Assembly: GCA_028534125.1 (NCBI GenBank)
Contig: CM052817.1
Coordinates: 4,156,001-4,220,000 of the forward strand
Source: Lama glama
Lineage: Eukaryota
Reading direction: 5' to 3'
Length of the DNA stretch: 64,000 nt
Of the stretch, positions 35,920 to 49,405 are shown one piece after another. Under the pieces are notes generated by a model. That model had not been told where the DNA came from and searched no databases. It saw nothing but the letters and a program-made list of their open reading frames with translations. Position 1 is the first letter of the stretch. Every line of letters starts with the position of its first letter. The translations under genes and the position numbers were made by a program.

Positions 35920-37420
35920 GCCAGAAGCCGCTCTCAGGGGCAGCTCCGACCCAGCTGGCAGCTAGACCCGGCGAGGCTGGAAGGCTCAGCGGTGGGACTC
36001 CAGCCCCTCCTTGGCGATGGGCCGCGGGGCCCACTGCGCACGCTCATGCCTCCTGGAAACTCCTCTCAAGGCAACAGAACCGCTCCCGGCATTAGCCCGG
36101 GGCGGGGGTGGGGCAAACGCCCGGCCCTCCCCTCTGACTGGCAGGAGGACGGACCAACCGGAGGGGTGCTCCGGGTGAGGGGCGGGGCCGCGCTGCGAGC
36201 CGGGAGCCCCGCGGCCCAGCGAGCTGCAGCCGGGAGTGTGCGGCACGCGCCGGCCGGCTGCCCGGAGCACTGTCACCGGCATCGCTGCACCTCGACCCCC
36301 GCCCCGCCAAACCGCACGCGCCCGTCAGCCCGTCTTCCTCATTTGCTTCTTACGATTTTTTTTTTTGCATGCATCCTTTTTCTGTTCCGTTTTGTCCTTT
36401 TTAAGGCGGGGGCGGCGGCAGCGTAAGCTCGGGGCGGGGAGGGGGCGGCCGGAGGATGCGGCGCGGGGCTGCGCTCGCTACGCCCGCTGCTGCTGCCCGG
36501 CTCGGGCCTGAGCGCCGAGCAGGTGGGTACAGGTGAGCCGGGGGTGGGAGGCGGGAGACGCGTACAGGCCAGAGGGGACCCGCGGACCCCGCAGCCGATG
36601 GGCTGACCCAGCGGCAAGGGACGCAATGACCGGTGCTGCCCCGCCCCATCGCCCACCTTCCCCTCCCTCATCCAGCCTTCGTGCCCCCTTCTTATCCCGC
36701 TGCCACTCTTGCATCTCACCTCTGAGGTCCCCCACCCTTCCGTTCCCATCCCCCCACTCCCTTCCAAATCCCTCTGGCAGCACCTCCCAGCCTGGGGACT
36801 CGGTATCGCCTCCCTACATACGCCCCCTTCTTCTCCCGCCCCCAGCCCTCCTTTCTTCCTCACGCCACCCCCATTTCCACTCCTCTCCCCATTCCGCCCC
36901 CAAGCTAAGGAGGGGGAGGGGGACCCACCAGGTCCTTCGGGAGTGGCGCGGGGGGCGTGGCCGGCCGGTTCCCTGTGTGTCCCACCCACTGAGTAGGTAT
37001 GGGTTCCCCGATCTCGGCTGAGATGTCACAGAGAATGGAGCCCGGGGCCGCGCCGTGGTGGCAGGGGGCCGAGAGGGCGAGGCTGCCCTGCCCGCACCCC
37101 CACCCTACGTACAGCACACGCTACCGCGGCTCCTGCCACGCACACCCCCACGCTGCTCCGCCCACGTGGGCGCCCGGGAGGAGGCTGCCGAAATGGGAAG
37201 AAAGGCTGGTACCCACCCTCCTGCCTGGCCGGCGCGCCCTGGGCGCGCTCGGCCTGCGGAGATGGCGCACAGGGATTGGCTCCCGCGGGGCTGGGCACCT
37301 TACCGGACGCCCTGTGTTCTGGCCAGAGTGTTCCGGACCTGCGTTAGTGAGCCGCGCCTTCCTTCGCCCCTGGCCCCCTCGCTTCATCTCTCCATCGCTC
37401 CACCACTCCACCCTCCTTGC
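35920..37420. promoter_or_regulatory. CpG island promoter of a + strand gene (probably JAKMIP1)
   Basis: High CpG/GC content, GC boxes at ~36100 and ~36180, followed by splice donors at 36522 and 36532. Confidence 0.9.
36210..36522 (+). other. JAKMIP1: Non-coding first exon (5' UTR), probably of Janus kinase and microtubule-interacting protein 1; TSS approximate
   Basis: Lies in a CpG island and ends at CAG|GTGGGT. The text GGAGGATGCGGCGCGGGGCTGCGCTCGCTACG...GGGCCTGAGCGCCGAGCAG matches my recollection of the human JAKMIP1 5' UTR (not verified by search). No coding exon follows for 27 kb, consistent with a long first intron. Confidence 0.6.
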
Positions 37421-40400
37421 TTCGGGCTCCTGAGGATCCAGCCTCGTCATTCCTGATAGAGGCTGCTTCCCAGGCAGGAGTCTTTCGTCTGAAAGCATGC
37501 CCCGCCCCCCCCACCAACACCTCCCCTCCCCACACACTCTCGTCTGTCCTTCTCCTAACGTCTTGGCTGGCCTGGGCTCCCCGCCAGCCTCTGCCCAGCT
37601 CTTTAAGCTCCAGAGATACTGTATCTGACCGCTAGTCCTCCTCCAGCACCCCCACCCTTTCTGTGCACACTCACAGGCACACTGTCCTTGGCCTTTGCTG
37701 TTGCTGTTCCCTCTCTGGGAACGCTGTTCCTTCAACTGGACAGCTCCTTCTAGAACAAGGTCAGGGAGAGCCCCTTGCCCTGCCTGAGCCTCCAGTGTGG
37801 CAGAGCTGGACATATGCTGTGGCATCTGATGGCCTTTGCCTCCCATACCAGACTGAGAGCTCCTGGGGGCCAGGGGCAGCATCAGCCCCTCACAGAGGGC
37901 TCCACCCAGAGTAAATATCAGGCCTAAGGAGGTCCTCCCCTCAACTCAGGGTGACCCACTGGTGTGGGCGCGGCTGTGGGAGGACCTGGCTTCTCCAAAA
38001 CCTTGGGCAGGCGGGCGGTGCTTCCGTGAGCTGGGATGAACGTGGAGAAAGGGCAGGTTTGGGGAAGGGGGGGTTGGGCAGTCAGGACCCCCCTTCCCAG
38101 GATGCTTGCCCAGCAGGGCATCCAACTTCAGGAGCTGCTGCCTTGAAAAACTTGGCTTTATACAGCCCTGTGGAGGCTGGTGGACGGTTGCAGAGATTTT
38201 GTTGTCCTGTGTGTGGTCTGTAAAGCTGAACATCTCTGCTCAGAGTCTGAGGGTGACTCTTGCCTTGAGTCTTACCACAGAGAGAGGCCCCCCTGAGGGT
38301 CCAACAAATGAGCTCATTGACATCTTCTTCCTTCACAAACCACCCATGGCTCCCCCTGGCTCCCTGACCCCAAAAGTTTCTGACATCCTGGCTTCCCTGG
38401 CCCACCTCTCCCTCTCCACACTGTCACCCTCAGCCACACACGCCACTTCTGTGTCCTCAGATGCATCTTCACTCTTAGGTTTTCCCCACATGCTGTGTTT
38501 TCTCCCAGAAATGCTCCCCTTCTTTGTCAGGAGAACTCCTATTCATACGATGAGGCCCAGCCCTCATGCTACTTCTTTGTGGTGGTCCTTGACTCTGCCA
38601 AACAGATTGTGTGGTTCTCTCATCTCTCATGGAACTTCATATCCATACATTGTGTGATATTTGTGTCCTTTTTCCCTAAGGAGACCTTGCCCACCAGAGA
38701 CAAGGGACACAGTGAGGTCTGAGGGGCAGCCCCTCTTTGGTAGGGCTCCATTGTGCTGACACCCCCACTGCCAGTGCTGTAAGAGAGACATGCAGCAGAA
38801 GGAACAATTTCTGAGGAGGGCATAAACCAGCAGTGATTGGCGCTGTATGCTATGGTGATTTGCTTACCTCCCCGAGGATGGGGCCCTGCCTGTCTGCAGG
38901 CTCTGAAGCCAGACTGCCTGGGTTCCCACTGAGGCCCTGCCCCTCACTTAGCTGTGATTGGCCAAGCACTTCCCACCTGGGCTTTCTAACTGAAACAGGT
39001 GCCTCCCTCAGAGAGACTGGGGGTTGCCGCAGTATATCCTGCTTCTTCATGGCCAGCCTCCTCCGTGGCTTCTGCAGTTGGGCTGACCTGTATCCTCTTC
39101 CTTCTGGCTATGTGATCTTGGGCAGGAGGATTAACCTCTCTGAGCCTCCATTTCCTGTACAAACCAGGGCAGTGGTCTCTCTTTGGCTGAGTTAGTGTGA
39201 GGATCAGAAGTGTGGTTTCTGGGCATTGGAGGCACTTAAACAAGTGGTCATGATGATGAGGGAGTTGTGGGATGAGTGACTTAAAAAAAGTAAATCCTTT
39301 AGCTTTGTCACAGACCAGACCCCCTAGTTGGAGGCCTTGTTTGTCCTTCATGAGCAAATAACGTTGGACTAATAAGTTAAATATTCAACAACTGGGGATG
39401 AAAGATAAAGGGATGGGTGCCATGTTGGTAGTGCGAATTGTGCAGACTTGGCCGAGAAGGTGCCGAGAGCTATAGGTAAAAATCCTGAACTCAGAGCCCA
39501 CTGGTCTCCGAGCAGTTCCTCTGATGCCTGTCTCATCTAGACTTCTTTCCTGCTCAGTGCGGGGGTGCAGCGATTCCAGTAATTTCCACCCAATTCTTAG
39601 CAAAACTCTCGATGGAACTAATGATCATAAACAGTGGTCACCAGCTAGGTGAGGCCATCTGTGTGGGAACAAGGCAGGGTCAGAGGAGCTGCGTTGCAGA
39701 CCAGTTCAGACTTTCCTGACTGTGTGACCCTGGGTCAAGTCACATAACCTCTCTGTGCCCAGTTCCTTTTCCTGTGATATTCACATAAGGAAAATAGATA
39801 GCTGTCTATCATTACTTCAACTCCCACTCCTGCTGTGAATGATCTCATTTCAACTGCACAGCATCAGGCAGGGTAAGTATTATGTGAGCACCTAACAAGC
39901 AGAGGTACATCTGGAGGTGGAGGCGGAGGTGGGAACTAACCAGTGGGAGGGTCTCTTGCTTTGGAGCTTAGGTGTTGCTCTGGGAAGCACATTGATTCCG
40001 CCAGTGGAAAGACAGCCTTCCTGCCGGGCTGGTGTGAGAAATGAATCAGAGGAGCCTTCTCGGTGCTTTTAATAGAAACATGTTACCTGAAAGCCAGTGG
40101 TGGCTGTCAGTGTTGCTGTAGCGTAAAGCTCAGAAAGAGACCCCGAGGCTGGCCGACAGGGGGACCTTGGCTTGTCACTCTAGCCCTGAATGCCTTCAGA
40201 AAAAGCTTTCTTTGCCTATGCCTTTCTAAAGCCAGATGGACAGCCCGGGAACCGGACCATGGGTCAGCAGGGAGAGGCAAGGATAAGGAAGGGGGCCCTG
40301 GGGTCCTCATGCTGTGAAGGGCAAGGGTCAGGAGCCCCTCCTGTGGGAGGCGGGTGGGGCAAGAGCACTAGCGGGGGAGTAGCCTAGGAGGTAACTAACA

Positions 40401-40650
40401 TGGGAATCAACCTGAAAGCAGCAGGGGGGCAGGCGGAGCTCCCCCAACTCACAGTGAGGGAGGGGCCAGCTCCCCAGTGGGGATAGGGGCTCTGATTTTA
40501 TCTTTTTGGTGATGGTATTTATTTTCAGAACCACCACAAGGAGTACTGTACCTCTCACTGGTCTACAGAAATGAATGGAGATAAATGCTTTTTTTCTTAA
40601 TTCTAACTGTTGACATTTGCTAGGCACTTATCAAGTGCCAGGCTGTATGC

Positions 40651-40853
40651 CAGGATTTGGCAAGCTATGGCACATCAGCCTGCTGCTTGATTTTGTAAAT
40701 AAAGTTTTATTGGCACACAGCCATGCCCATTTGTTTCCCTGTTGTCTATGGCTGCTTCTGCCCAGTTATTGGCTAGTTGGGCAGTTGGGGCAGACACCTG
40801 TAAAGCCAGATTCATTACTACCTGGCCCTTTATGGAAGTTTGCCACCACCTTG
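40651..40853. mobile_element. MER58A nested in a MIR
   Basis: ttttgtaaataaagttttattggcacacagccatgcccatt...; MIR text on both sides. Confidence 0.85.
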
Positions 40854-42309
40854 TCTGTGCTCTCCCCTGAGTTGAGTTCATTCAGTCCTGGGCACAGCCC
40901 CAGAGGGAGGCTGCCTCTCCCATTTTATAGGTGGGCACAGGGAGGCGCCGAAGCCTGCCCAGGGTCATAAAACTGGTAAGTAGGGGAGCAGGAATCTGAA
41001 CCCAAGCAACCCAGGTTTTTTTTGTTTTTTTTCAGGGCAGGGGAGGAATTTATATTTTTATTAGCTTCTAACTGAGTCTTACCATGTTTAGGGGATGGGG
41101 TCAGTATGATATCTGTTTTTAAAAGTTTGACAGTTTCTTAATGTCCTGGTGCCTGATCAATTTTTAAAACATCTTTGTGTTAAACAGATATTTAATATTT
41201 AATAATAATTAACATATTAACCATTTTAAGGGTATAGTTCACTGGCATTATATACACTGTTGTACAACTATCTTCACCATCCATCTCCAGAACTTTTCCA
41301 TCACCCCAAACTGGCGGTCCGCGTTCTTAACTGCGATCCCACGCTGCCTTGTGGGAGTCTGTAGAAGAGAGCAAGCAGTAGCAGCATCGTAATTTAGCGC
41401 TGGAGGCTTTGAAGGCAGCCTTGGGCTTGAGCACTGGCTCTGCTATTTACTGACCATGGATGATCATCTGTGTGCTCTGAACCCTTGGTAGCCCAGTGTG
41501 CTTATTTGTCAAATGGGAATAACCCCAGTCCCCGTCCCTGCAGACCACGTGGGTTTGAGGGCGAAATAAGGAACAGAGGTGAAGGCCCAGCTTCGTGCAG
41601 TGGGCGGTAGCTATGATGCTATTCCCTGGAACAGCTGCACCCCCGTCAGGTGTTAGGTCAGTCTGTCCTCCCTGTGTGGCTCCTGGTGTCCCCTTTATCC
41701 TTTCCAGGTCTTGGAATCACCCTGGGGACCCATCATGCATCCTAAAGCCCCCAACTGGACCCCCGTGCTGTGTAGATGCAGATTTTCTGCTGTCCTCTCC
41801 CCCTCCGTGGCCCAGACTTGGCTGAAGGGCCACTTTAGGGAATGAAAGGAGGTTCTGTTGCAGCCATCCAGGGACTGCCAAGGGCTGCCTATTGTGGCAG
41901 TAATGCCCTTGTGTGTGCCAGGTCAGGGGATGCGCTGGCTCGGCCCGCCAACCCCCACCCCCTGACCAGCCTCCACCTCGGCTGCATTTGGATTCAGGAG
42001 CCCTGGACTGGCCCCTGATCCCTTCCTTAGGGCTGGAGGGGGTGGGACACACTGCTGAGGAGTGTCCTGCTTCTTTTGGAGGACAGGAAGACCATGAGGA
42101 TTACAGGCATCGATGGTGGAGGCAAGAGTGATCTGGTAAAGTAGCTTTCTCCTTCTTTTAACTTTGGAACATCTGTCTTCTCTCTGTCTCCTTTCTGTCC
42201 TGATGCTTCTGGAGGCTGGTCACTCCTATCTGCCTTCTGACACATAGGGTTTTATTTAACAGTCCCATAATCCGACTCTTCCATTGAAACAATTCTTTTT
42301 TCTTCCCCT

Positions 42310-42780
42310 CCTCCCTTTCTTTTATTGAGCTGAAATTCACACAACATGAGATTCCTCATTTTAAGGTATACAATTCAGTGGCATTTAGTATATTCACAAT
42401 GTCATGTAGCCAACACCTCTATCTAGTTGCAAACCATTTTTCATCACTCACAAAGAAAACCCCCTCCCCGTGAAGCGGTCACTCCTCCTTCCCCAGCCCC
42501 TGGCAACCACCCATCTGCCTTCCGTGCCTTTGATTTCCCTTTTCTGGAATTTCATATACATGGACTCACATGATATGTGGCCTTCTGTATTTGGCTTCAT
42601 CCAGGTCGTAGCTTGTGTCACTGCTTCAGTCTTTTCTGAGACTGAATACTATTCCGTTGTAAGGATGGACCACATTTTCTGATCCATTCATTTGCTGATG
42701 GATACCTGGGTGGTTCCACCTTTAGGCTGTTGTGCCTGCGTTGGATGCATGGCTTACAGTGTTCAAACTTTCTTCCTGGG
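42310..42780 (-). mobile_element. L1MB-type 3' end
   Basis: tttattgag...tacaattcagtggcatttagtatattcaca...ccccagcccctggcaaccac. Confidence 0.85.
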
Positions 42781-43756
42781 GCTTGGCTGCCAGGGTTCTG
42801 TTCTGGTGTTTCCACTCTCTCCTCCCATTGCTCACTATTTGTCCATTCGGCCACTCATCAGAGAGTTGTATTCCCAGCACCGCGTTGGGCACTGCCAGCC
42901 TTGACTTGCTCTTGACATCTGGAGAGTGGTTTGTTGATTTGTCATTTCCCAAGCCGGAGTGTGGGAGCGCCCTGAGGCAGGAGGGCCGGCACGGGGTCCA
43001 CCAAGCAGCCCAGAGAGGCAGCTGGCGCAGGACAGGAAGCCTGGCTGCCTTTTTGTTAGTTCCTGGCACGTGCTGGATGCTTTGCGTTTGTGTCTACTGC
43101 TTGCTGCCTGGCCCATTCAGCTCCTGCCCTCGCCAGAACTGGCTTCTTCTCATCCTTTGAGTCTCAGCTGAAACTTCTTCTCCTGGGAGAGGTCTTCCCT
43201 GCCCTGCCCAGGTAGATGCCACCCCCACCCCCTCCCCCCTGCTGTTTTTCTCTCCTTTGGTGCCCTGTTTCTTCTGAAGTCATCATGATCTGAAGCGGGC
43301 TTGTTTCCTGGTTTGTGGTTGTTCCTGCGGTCCTCATAAGCTGGAAGGGAAGCACGGTGAGGATGGAGCCTTGCTGGCTGTGTTTCCTCCCATCTCCCAG
43401 CGCAGGGTGTTGGTGTGCAGTCGGTTCCAGTAAATAATCGTTGCTGTTGCTTGGAGTCAGATGTGACTGAATTTCCTAACTCCGTCTTGCAAGCTTGTTG
43501 ATCTAGAGCCTCTTAGTTAATCTTTCTCAGCTTCCCTTTTTCCCTTTTGTTCAGTATGCAGAGAGCCCAGTGTCCCTAGCTTTTGGACGGGTGTGGCGGT
43601 CAGACGTGACTGTGCAGACTGCCTGGAGGATGTTGGTGTGCAGCAGGCGTTTGTCAGCGGGCGCTGCTGCCGGTGTTTGCAGAGGTAGTGGTCGTCACGA
43701 TCGTTCACAAGTTTCCTAATGACACACTTGCCCCGGGGTAGCCAGGTGACTCTGGA

Positions 43757-44070
43757 GCCAAGCAGTCCAATAGGGTAGCCCCTCGGGGCTCTTGAGCAAT
43801 GAGATGTGGTTTGTCTAAACTAACAGGGGCTGGGGAGTGAAAAATGTGCTCTGGATTTCAGACTTTATATGAAAAAGCTCTCAGTAGTAACTTTACCGTT
43901 GATTGCATGTTGCAGTGCAACTATTTGGGATATCTTGGGCTAAATGAAATATATTTTTACAATTAGTTTTACTTGTTCCTTTTTACTTTTTTTTTTTAAC
44001 TTTTTTACTTTTACCATAAAAGTAACTATTGCATGTGGGGTTCACATTGTCTTTTGGGGGGACGGTGCTG
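43757..44070. mobile_element. MER33-like hAT-Charlie element
   Basis: gtccaatagggtagcc...ttgattgcatgttg...ggctaaatgaaatatat...ggacggtgctg. Confidence 0.7.
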
Positions 44071-47000
44071 CTTAGACGCTAAGCTCCTTGGAGGCAGGGA
44101 TCAGGCACAGAGGATGGTGGCCCTGCCTTCTGTGAAGTGTGGGGCCCTGGACAATTTAGTTACATTTTTTTCTGTGCTTCAGTTTGTTTTTTGTAAACAA
44201 AAAGCTCAGTCAGATGACAAACAATGACATTGCACATTTGAGGGCCTCCTGGGTGCCCGAGGAAGGAACTAGAGCCCCATGAAGACCAGGCGCGGTAAGG
44301 TCTCTGCCCGTGGGGACCAACTTTCATTCTGAGAGAGGGGAGACACATCAATGAAACACAAACCCGGGTACCAGGACTGTGGTTGTTCCCTAAAGGGTCT
44401 AAGTTAGGAGATGCGGTGAACGATCAAGGCGATAAGAGCTGGTTCTCTGGCTCCAAGCCAGGGCAGGTCTTGTGAGGAGAGTGGCTGGATCCACATACAA
44501 CCTGGTGCATGGCAGACTCTATAACTGGCAGCCAAGGTGATTACCTTGGGACGGCCCTAGAGTGTTGGGCCACTCTTCTGAGTTGCTTCCACTCAATGAC
44601 TCTAGGCTTTGGAATCCCTCTGTGTGTAATAACCACACCAGAATTTTTCTGTTCTCTGCAGAATTTGCATGTTCATTTCCCACTATCTGTAGACGCAAGA
44701 GATCACTCCGGCATCTCCCCGCAGTGGGCAGGGCTTCCCCATGGCCAGCTCTGATTGGATGAGAGCAGTTGATTCCCAGCTGTCATGTGCATCTCCTGGA
44801 AGGGAGTCTGGGTTGCGATCTCCCCACGATCCAACCAGGAGCCACGAGGGAGACAAATCATTTCATCCTTGGGACCTCAGGAGTCCTGGGGGTTACACCC
44901 GTCTCCCCAAACCGGGGTGTGTATGTTCCACGCAAAGAGATGCCCGGGGATAGCTCTGTCCTGGTTTTACAGATGTTAGCTAACGTTGTCCTTCTGTCTT
45001 GCACACGCACGCCTGCCTGCAGGTGCCTGGCCTTGTGCTGCCTGCTGTGGTGGGGACTCGGGGTGGGCCGTGCTTACAGATGAGTGGAAGTAGGTTATTG
45101 AGGGCGACGGCAAGCCTTCCTCTCCAGCTCTTATTGGGCCCACATCATCTCATTGATGGGGAATGAGTGACTTACCTGAGGTTGCACAGGTAGAAATGGC
45201 AGTGGAGGGGGTCAGACCTCCTCCGGCTACTCCAACACTTGGTTACTCACGAAGAGTGCAGCCACTTGAGCTGCCTTCACGGCCCCCATGGCCTGCGCCA
45301 ACTCAGTTCCCGTATTTCCCCCCATGAACTGCAGCCTCCTCCTAAGCACTGTCCTTTCTTCCAGACCCTGGCTTGCCAACTCCCTCTGCCTGGAATGCCC
45401 CTCTCTCCTACCCACCACCCCAGCCTATGAAATCCTATAGGCTCCATGGCCCAGCTTGGATGATGTGGCCCCAGGAGAAAGCTGTTTGCTTACTGTCCAA
45501 GTGCAGATAGAGTGAATGAAGTCACTGGGGCTAGATTAAGACAGGGACAGCATGGAGGCAGAGAAACAGAATAAAGAGGCTTCCTCTGCTCTCCTGGCTC
45601 TGCCATTGTGGCGTGGCGCGCCCCTGCCTCTCTCTCCTATGCCTTCAGGAGAGCTTGTATCCCGCTGCGTGACCTGCCTGCTGTTCCTGACTGAGCCAGG
45701 CCTTTGACATGCTGTTCCCTCTGTTGGATCTGCTCGTTAGCCTACCCTGCCCCCATCCACCTGGTAAACATCCTCCGCTTCTGTTTAAGATCCATCATCA
45801 GCCTTATTTCCTCCAGAAACCTGTCCTGACTGCAACCCTCCTGCATCCACAGGCTGAATCCGGTTTGTCCCCAGGGTTCCCACTGCCTCAAGCATCCCTC
45901 TGTTACTGCCCAGGATTCTGTATTCCACCTGCCAGTGACTTGTCCAACTCTCCCACCAGACAGAAAGTTCCAGGAGAGTAGGGTTGCTGCCTGATTCGCA
46001 GTGGGATTCCCAGAGCCCGGCTCAGGTTGGGGTGCACAGTAGGTGGTCAACAGCTTTTGGTCTTTAGCCTCAATATTTGGTGTTTATAGTATTATGGCTG
46101 AATTGTCTTCACTTCTGAGCCAAGAAATGAAATATGAATATGTTCCATATTCCTTTAATGTCAGAATCCTATCCTGTCAGTGTTGGGAGGGGCCTTAACT
46201 GTGTGCAGTGGGTTCTCTCTGTTGTTTGCATCGGGTCCACTCTGCCCTTCACAGGCCCTTCTTTATTCTCGGCGGCAGCCACCTCTAGCGACGTCAACTC
46301 CCCAAACTGCGGACGTCTCAGTATTCGGGGTTGAAACACCCCAGGTGGCTCTGTTAGCCCAGAGAAGACGTTTATGAAGTGCTGTAGCACTTAATGAAGT
46401 TTCTTTTCCCCTGCACATCCAGATTTCACTGCCTTACAGTGCAACCTGCTTTTATTTAGGGGAAAAAATGTTAGAAAGCTGTTCTTCAGAATCCAAACCG
46501 TGTTCTTATGTTCACAGGTCCTATTTCTTGTTACGTTGGTTTGGTTTTTCTGTTTATCCCAAGCTGCACCTCAGAATACTAATTGGAAGACATACTTTGC
46601 TTTTGAAAGTCGGCAGGGCTGCTTCCTTGGTCAGGGCAGCTGGCTGAGTGAGCTCATGAAGCCAGGTGGTAACAGTTTCTGTGACAAATACTGGAACCTT
46701 CAAGGGTCAGGGCTGGAAGACGTTCTTTTGCCAACCAGATGCCTTATTTTGAATAAGAGACTCAATGACCCCAAATTGTGCCTAATCTGTTTAAACCATT
46801 GGACAAATGGGCACTTGAATGCCATAGTCTATTTCTCCCTGAAGTATGCCAGAGACCCAGGATGATCCCAGTTTATGAGGGCCTGGGCATTATAGATGCC
46901 CTGAGCTTTCTATACGCGTGGCTAAATATGAATGCAAAAACACTTCAGCCCAAATGCACAAACAAGTCTCGTTGCTGGGTCAGGTATCAGAAACTGGGAG

Positions 47001-47744
47001 TGCTTCAGCCAGAAGATTTGGGGGAGGTGCTGGGTGCCCCAAACCTCAGGTGTTCACAACATAAATTGTGAGTTTGGGATTTCACAATTCATAAGCCCCT
47101 AGATTGTAGCTTCTCTAGATGTTTGTTGATGAACAGAGGGCTTTGCAGGTAAACTGAAAGGTCAAGTGACAAGGAGATAGGGGTGTGTTAAATCACTCTC
47201 AGGCAGGGATGTGGGATGAGCGGTTTGTAGTGTCTTATCTGTTCATTGTAGCAGGGATTGAAAGGACCTCTGCTCACCAGATCTTTGTTAGCATCTGTGC
47301 CAGGTGTCTGTGAAAGCAATGCCAACATATTTGAAAAATACCCCTGCTGTGGACTCTGTTGTGAGTTCCAACCATCCATTCCCTCCCTGTGCTGAAGCAC
47401 TGAACTGTCATGACACGTCTAATCGCCATATGTCATGAAGGTGAGCCTCACCACGTTGCGAGTGGCCCCATCCCCCCTCTTTGTGGGAAGGTCACGTTGT
47501 AGCCTCAAAGCCTCCAACCCAGCAAGCTGGGAGTGGACGTTTTTTAGATGACGTTCCAGGACTATTGGGTGAATAATTGATTTGCTCCTGTTTACTGGAA
47601 CCAGGAAGAAAAAATATCATGATTGATTAGAAAATGAACCACTTAAGAAACAGAATATTGTTGGAGAGGTAGTTTTGCTATCTGACTGAAAAAGAAGTAG
47701 CCCTTTGAAATTCTTGCTGTGACTTATATGTCTGATTCATTTAA

Positions 47745-49405
47745 TGCTAAAGAACACAGTAAAGGAGGAATGGAGGAACTAAAATGACATGAAGTGTGTA
47801 GAAAACAAAAAGTAAAATGACAAGTGTAAACTCAACTCTGTCAATAACAACATTAAATGTGAATGGATTAAACAATCTAATGAAAAGGCAGAGATTGTCA
47901 GAATATACTAAAAATGATCTGTGTGCTATCTACACGTGACATACATCTTTAGACTCAAAGATACAATTAGATTGAGAGTAAAAGGAATGAAAAAGATACA
48001 TCACACAATGAGCAACCACAAGAAAGCTAGAGTGGCCATACTGATATCATACAAGATATATTTAAATATATACATAATATATTACAAGATATATTTAAAA
48101 TAAAAAAAGATAAAGAGGGATATTTTATAATGAAATATAATAATAACATTTAAAAATAACACTTTATAATGATAAAGAGAGTCAATCTAGTGGGAAAATA
48201 TAACAATTATAAACACATATGCACCTAACAACAGTGACAAAATACATGAAGCAAAAACTGAAATGAAGGAAGAAATAGATAATTCAGTGGTAACACTGGA
48301 TACTTCACTACCCTACTTTCAATAATGGGTAGAACAACCAGACAGAAGATCAGCAAGGAAATAGAAAACTTGAAAAACACTATAAAGCAGCCAGGTCTTC
48401 AAGATACGTATAGAATGCTCCATCAACAACAACAGAATGTATATTCTTTTACTTAAATTGAGGTATAATTGATATATAACTTTATGTTAGCTTCAGGAGG
48501 GCAGCATAACAATTTGATATTTGTATATATTGTGAAATGATCACCACAGTAATTTGGTTACATCCATCACCACACATAATTACAAATTTTTTTCCTATGA
48601 TGAGAACTTTTAAGATCTGTTCTCTTAGTAAGTTACAGATGCACAACACAGTGTGATTAACTATAGTCACCATGCTGTTCATTACATTCCCATGATTTAT
48701 GTGTTTTATAACTGGAAGTTTGTTCCTTTGACCTCCTTAACCCATTTTACCCACCCTCCTACCCTCCACCTCTGACAACCACAAATCTGTTCTTTGTATC
48801 ATTGAGTTTGTTATTGTTTAGGATTCCACATGTAAGTGAGGTCACACGACATTTTTCTTTCTCTGACTTATTTCACTTAGCATAATGCTGTCAATGTCCA
48901 TTCATGTCTCCCAAATGGCAAGTTTTCATTCTCCTTTTGTGGCTGAGTAATACTCCATTTTATATCTATCTATCTATTTCACATTATCTTCATCTACTCA
49001 TCCATTGATGGACACTTAGGTTGTTTCAATTTCTTGGCCATTGCAAATAATGCTACAATGAACATGGGAGTTCATATAGCTTTTCAAGTTAGTGTTTTCA
49101 TTTTCTCTGGATAAATACCCAGGAGTGGAAATGCTGGATCATATGGTAGATTTATTTTCAATTGAATGAGGAACCTCCATACTGTTTTCCATAGTGGCTG
49201 CACCAAGTTACATTCCCACCAATAGTGCAGAAGGGTTCATCTTCCTCCATGTCTTCACCAAGAATATAGATTCTTCTCAAATGCATGTGGCTCATTCTCC
49301 AGGATAGACCATATGCTCAGCCATCAAACAATCTCAGTGAACTTAAAAGGACAGAAATAATGCAAAGCATGTTCTCTGACCACAGTGCAATGAAATTAGG
49401 AATCA
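47745..49405 (+). mobile_element. Old L1 ORF2 endonuclease-region fragment, split by a younger L1
   Basis: ttaaatgtgaatggattaaac; translation RLRVKGMKKIHH...KKARVAILIS; resumes at 49261 (ttctccaggatagaccatatg). Confidence 0.85.
48449..49260 (-). mobile_element. L1MA9-like 5'-truncated L1
   Basis: Antisense L1MA 3' UTR/ORF2 end; flanking duplication AGAATGTATATTCTT (48434-48448) / AGAATATAGATTCTT (49261-49275). Confidence 0.85.

Noticed and set aside
35672..37882. Long overlapping ORFs (up to 253 aa) in the CpG island
   Set aside because: Stop-codon depletion from high GC; open in many frames on both strands; Pro/Arg/Gly/Ala low complexity.
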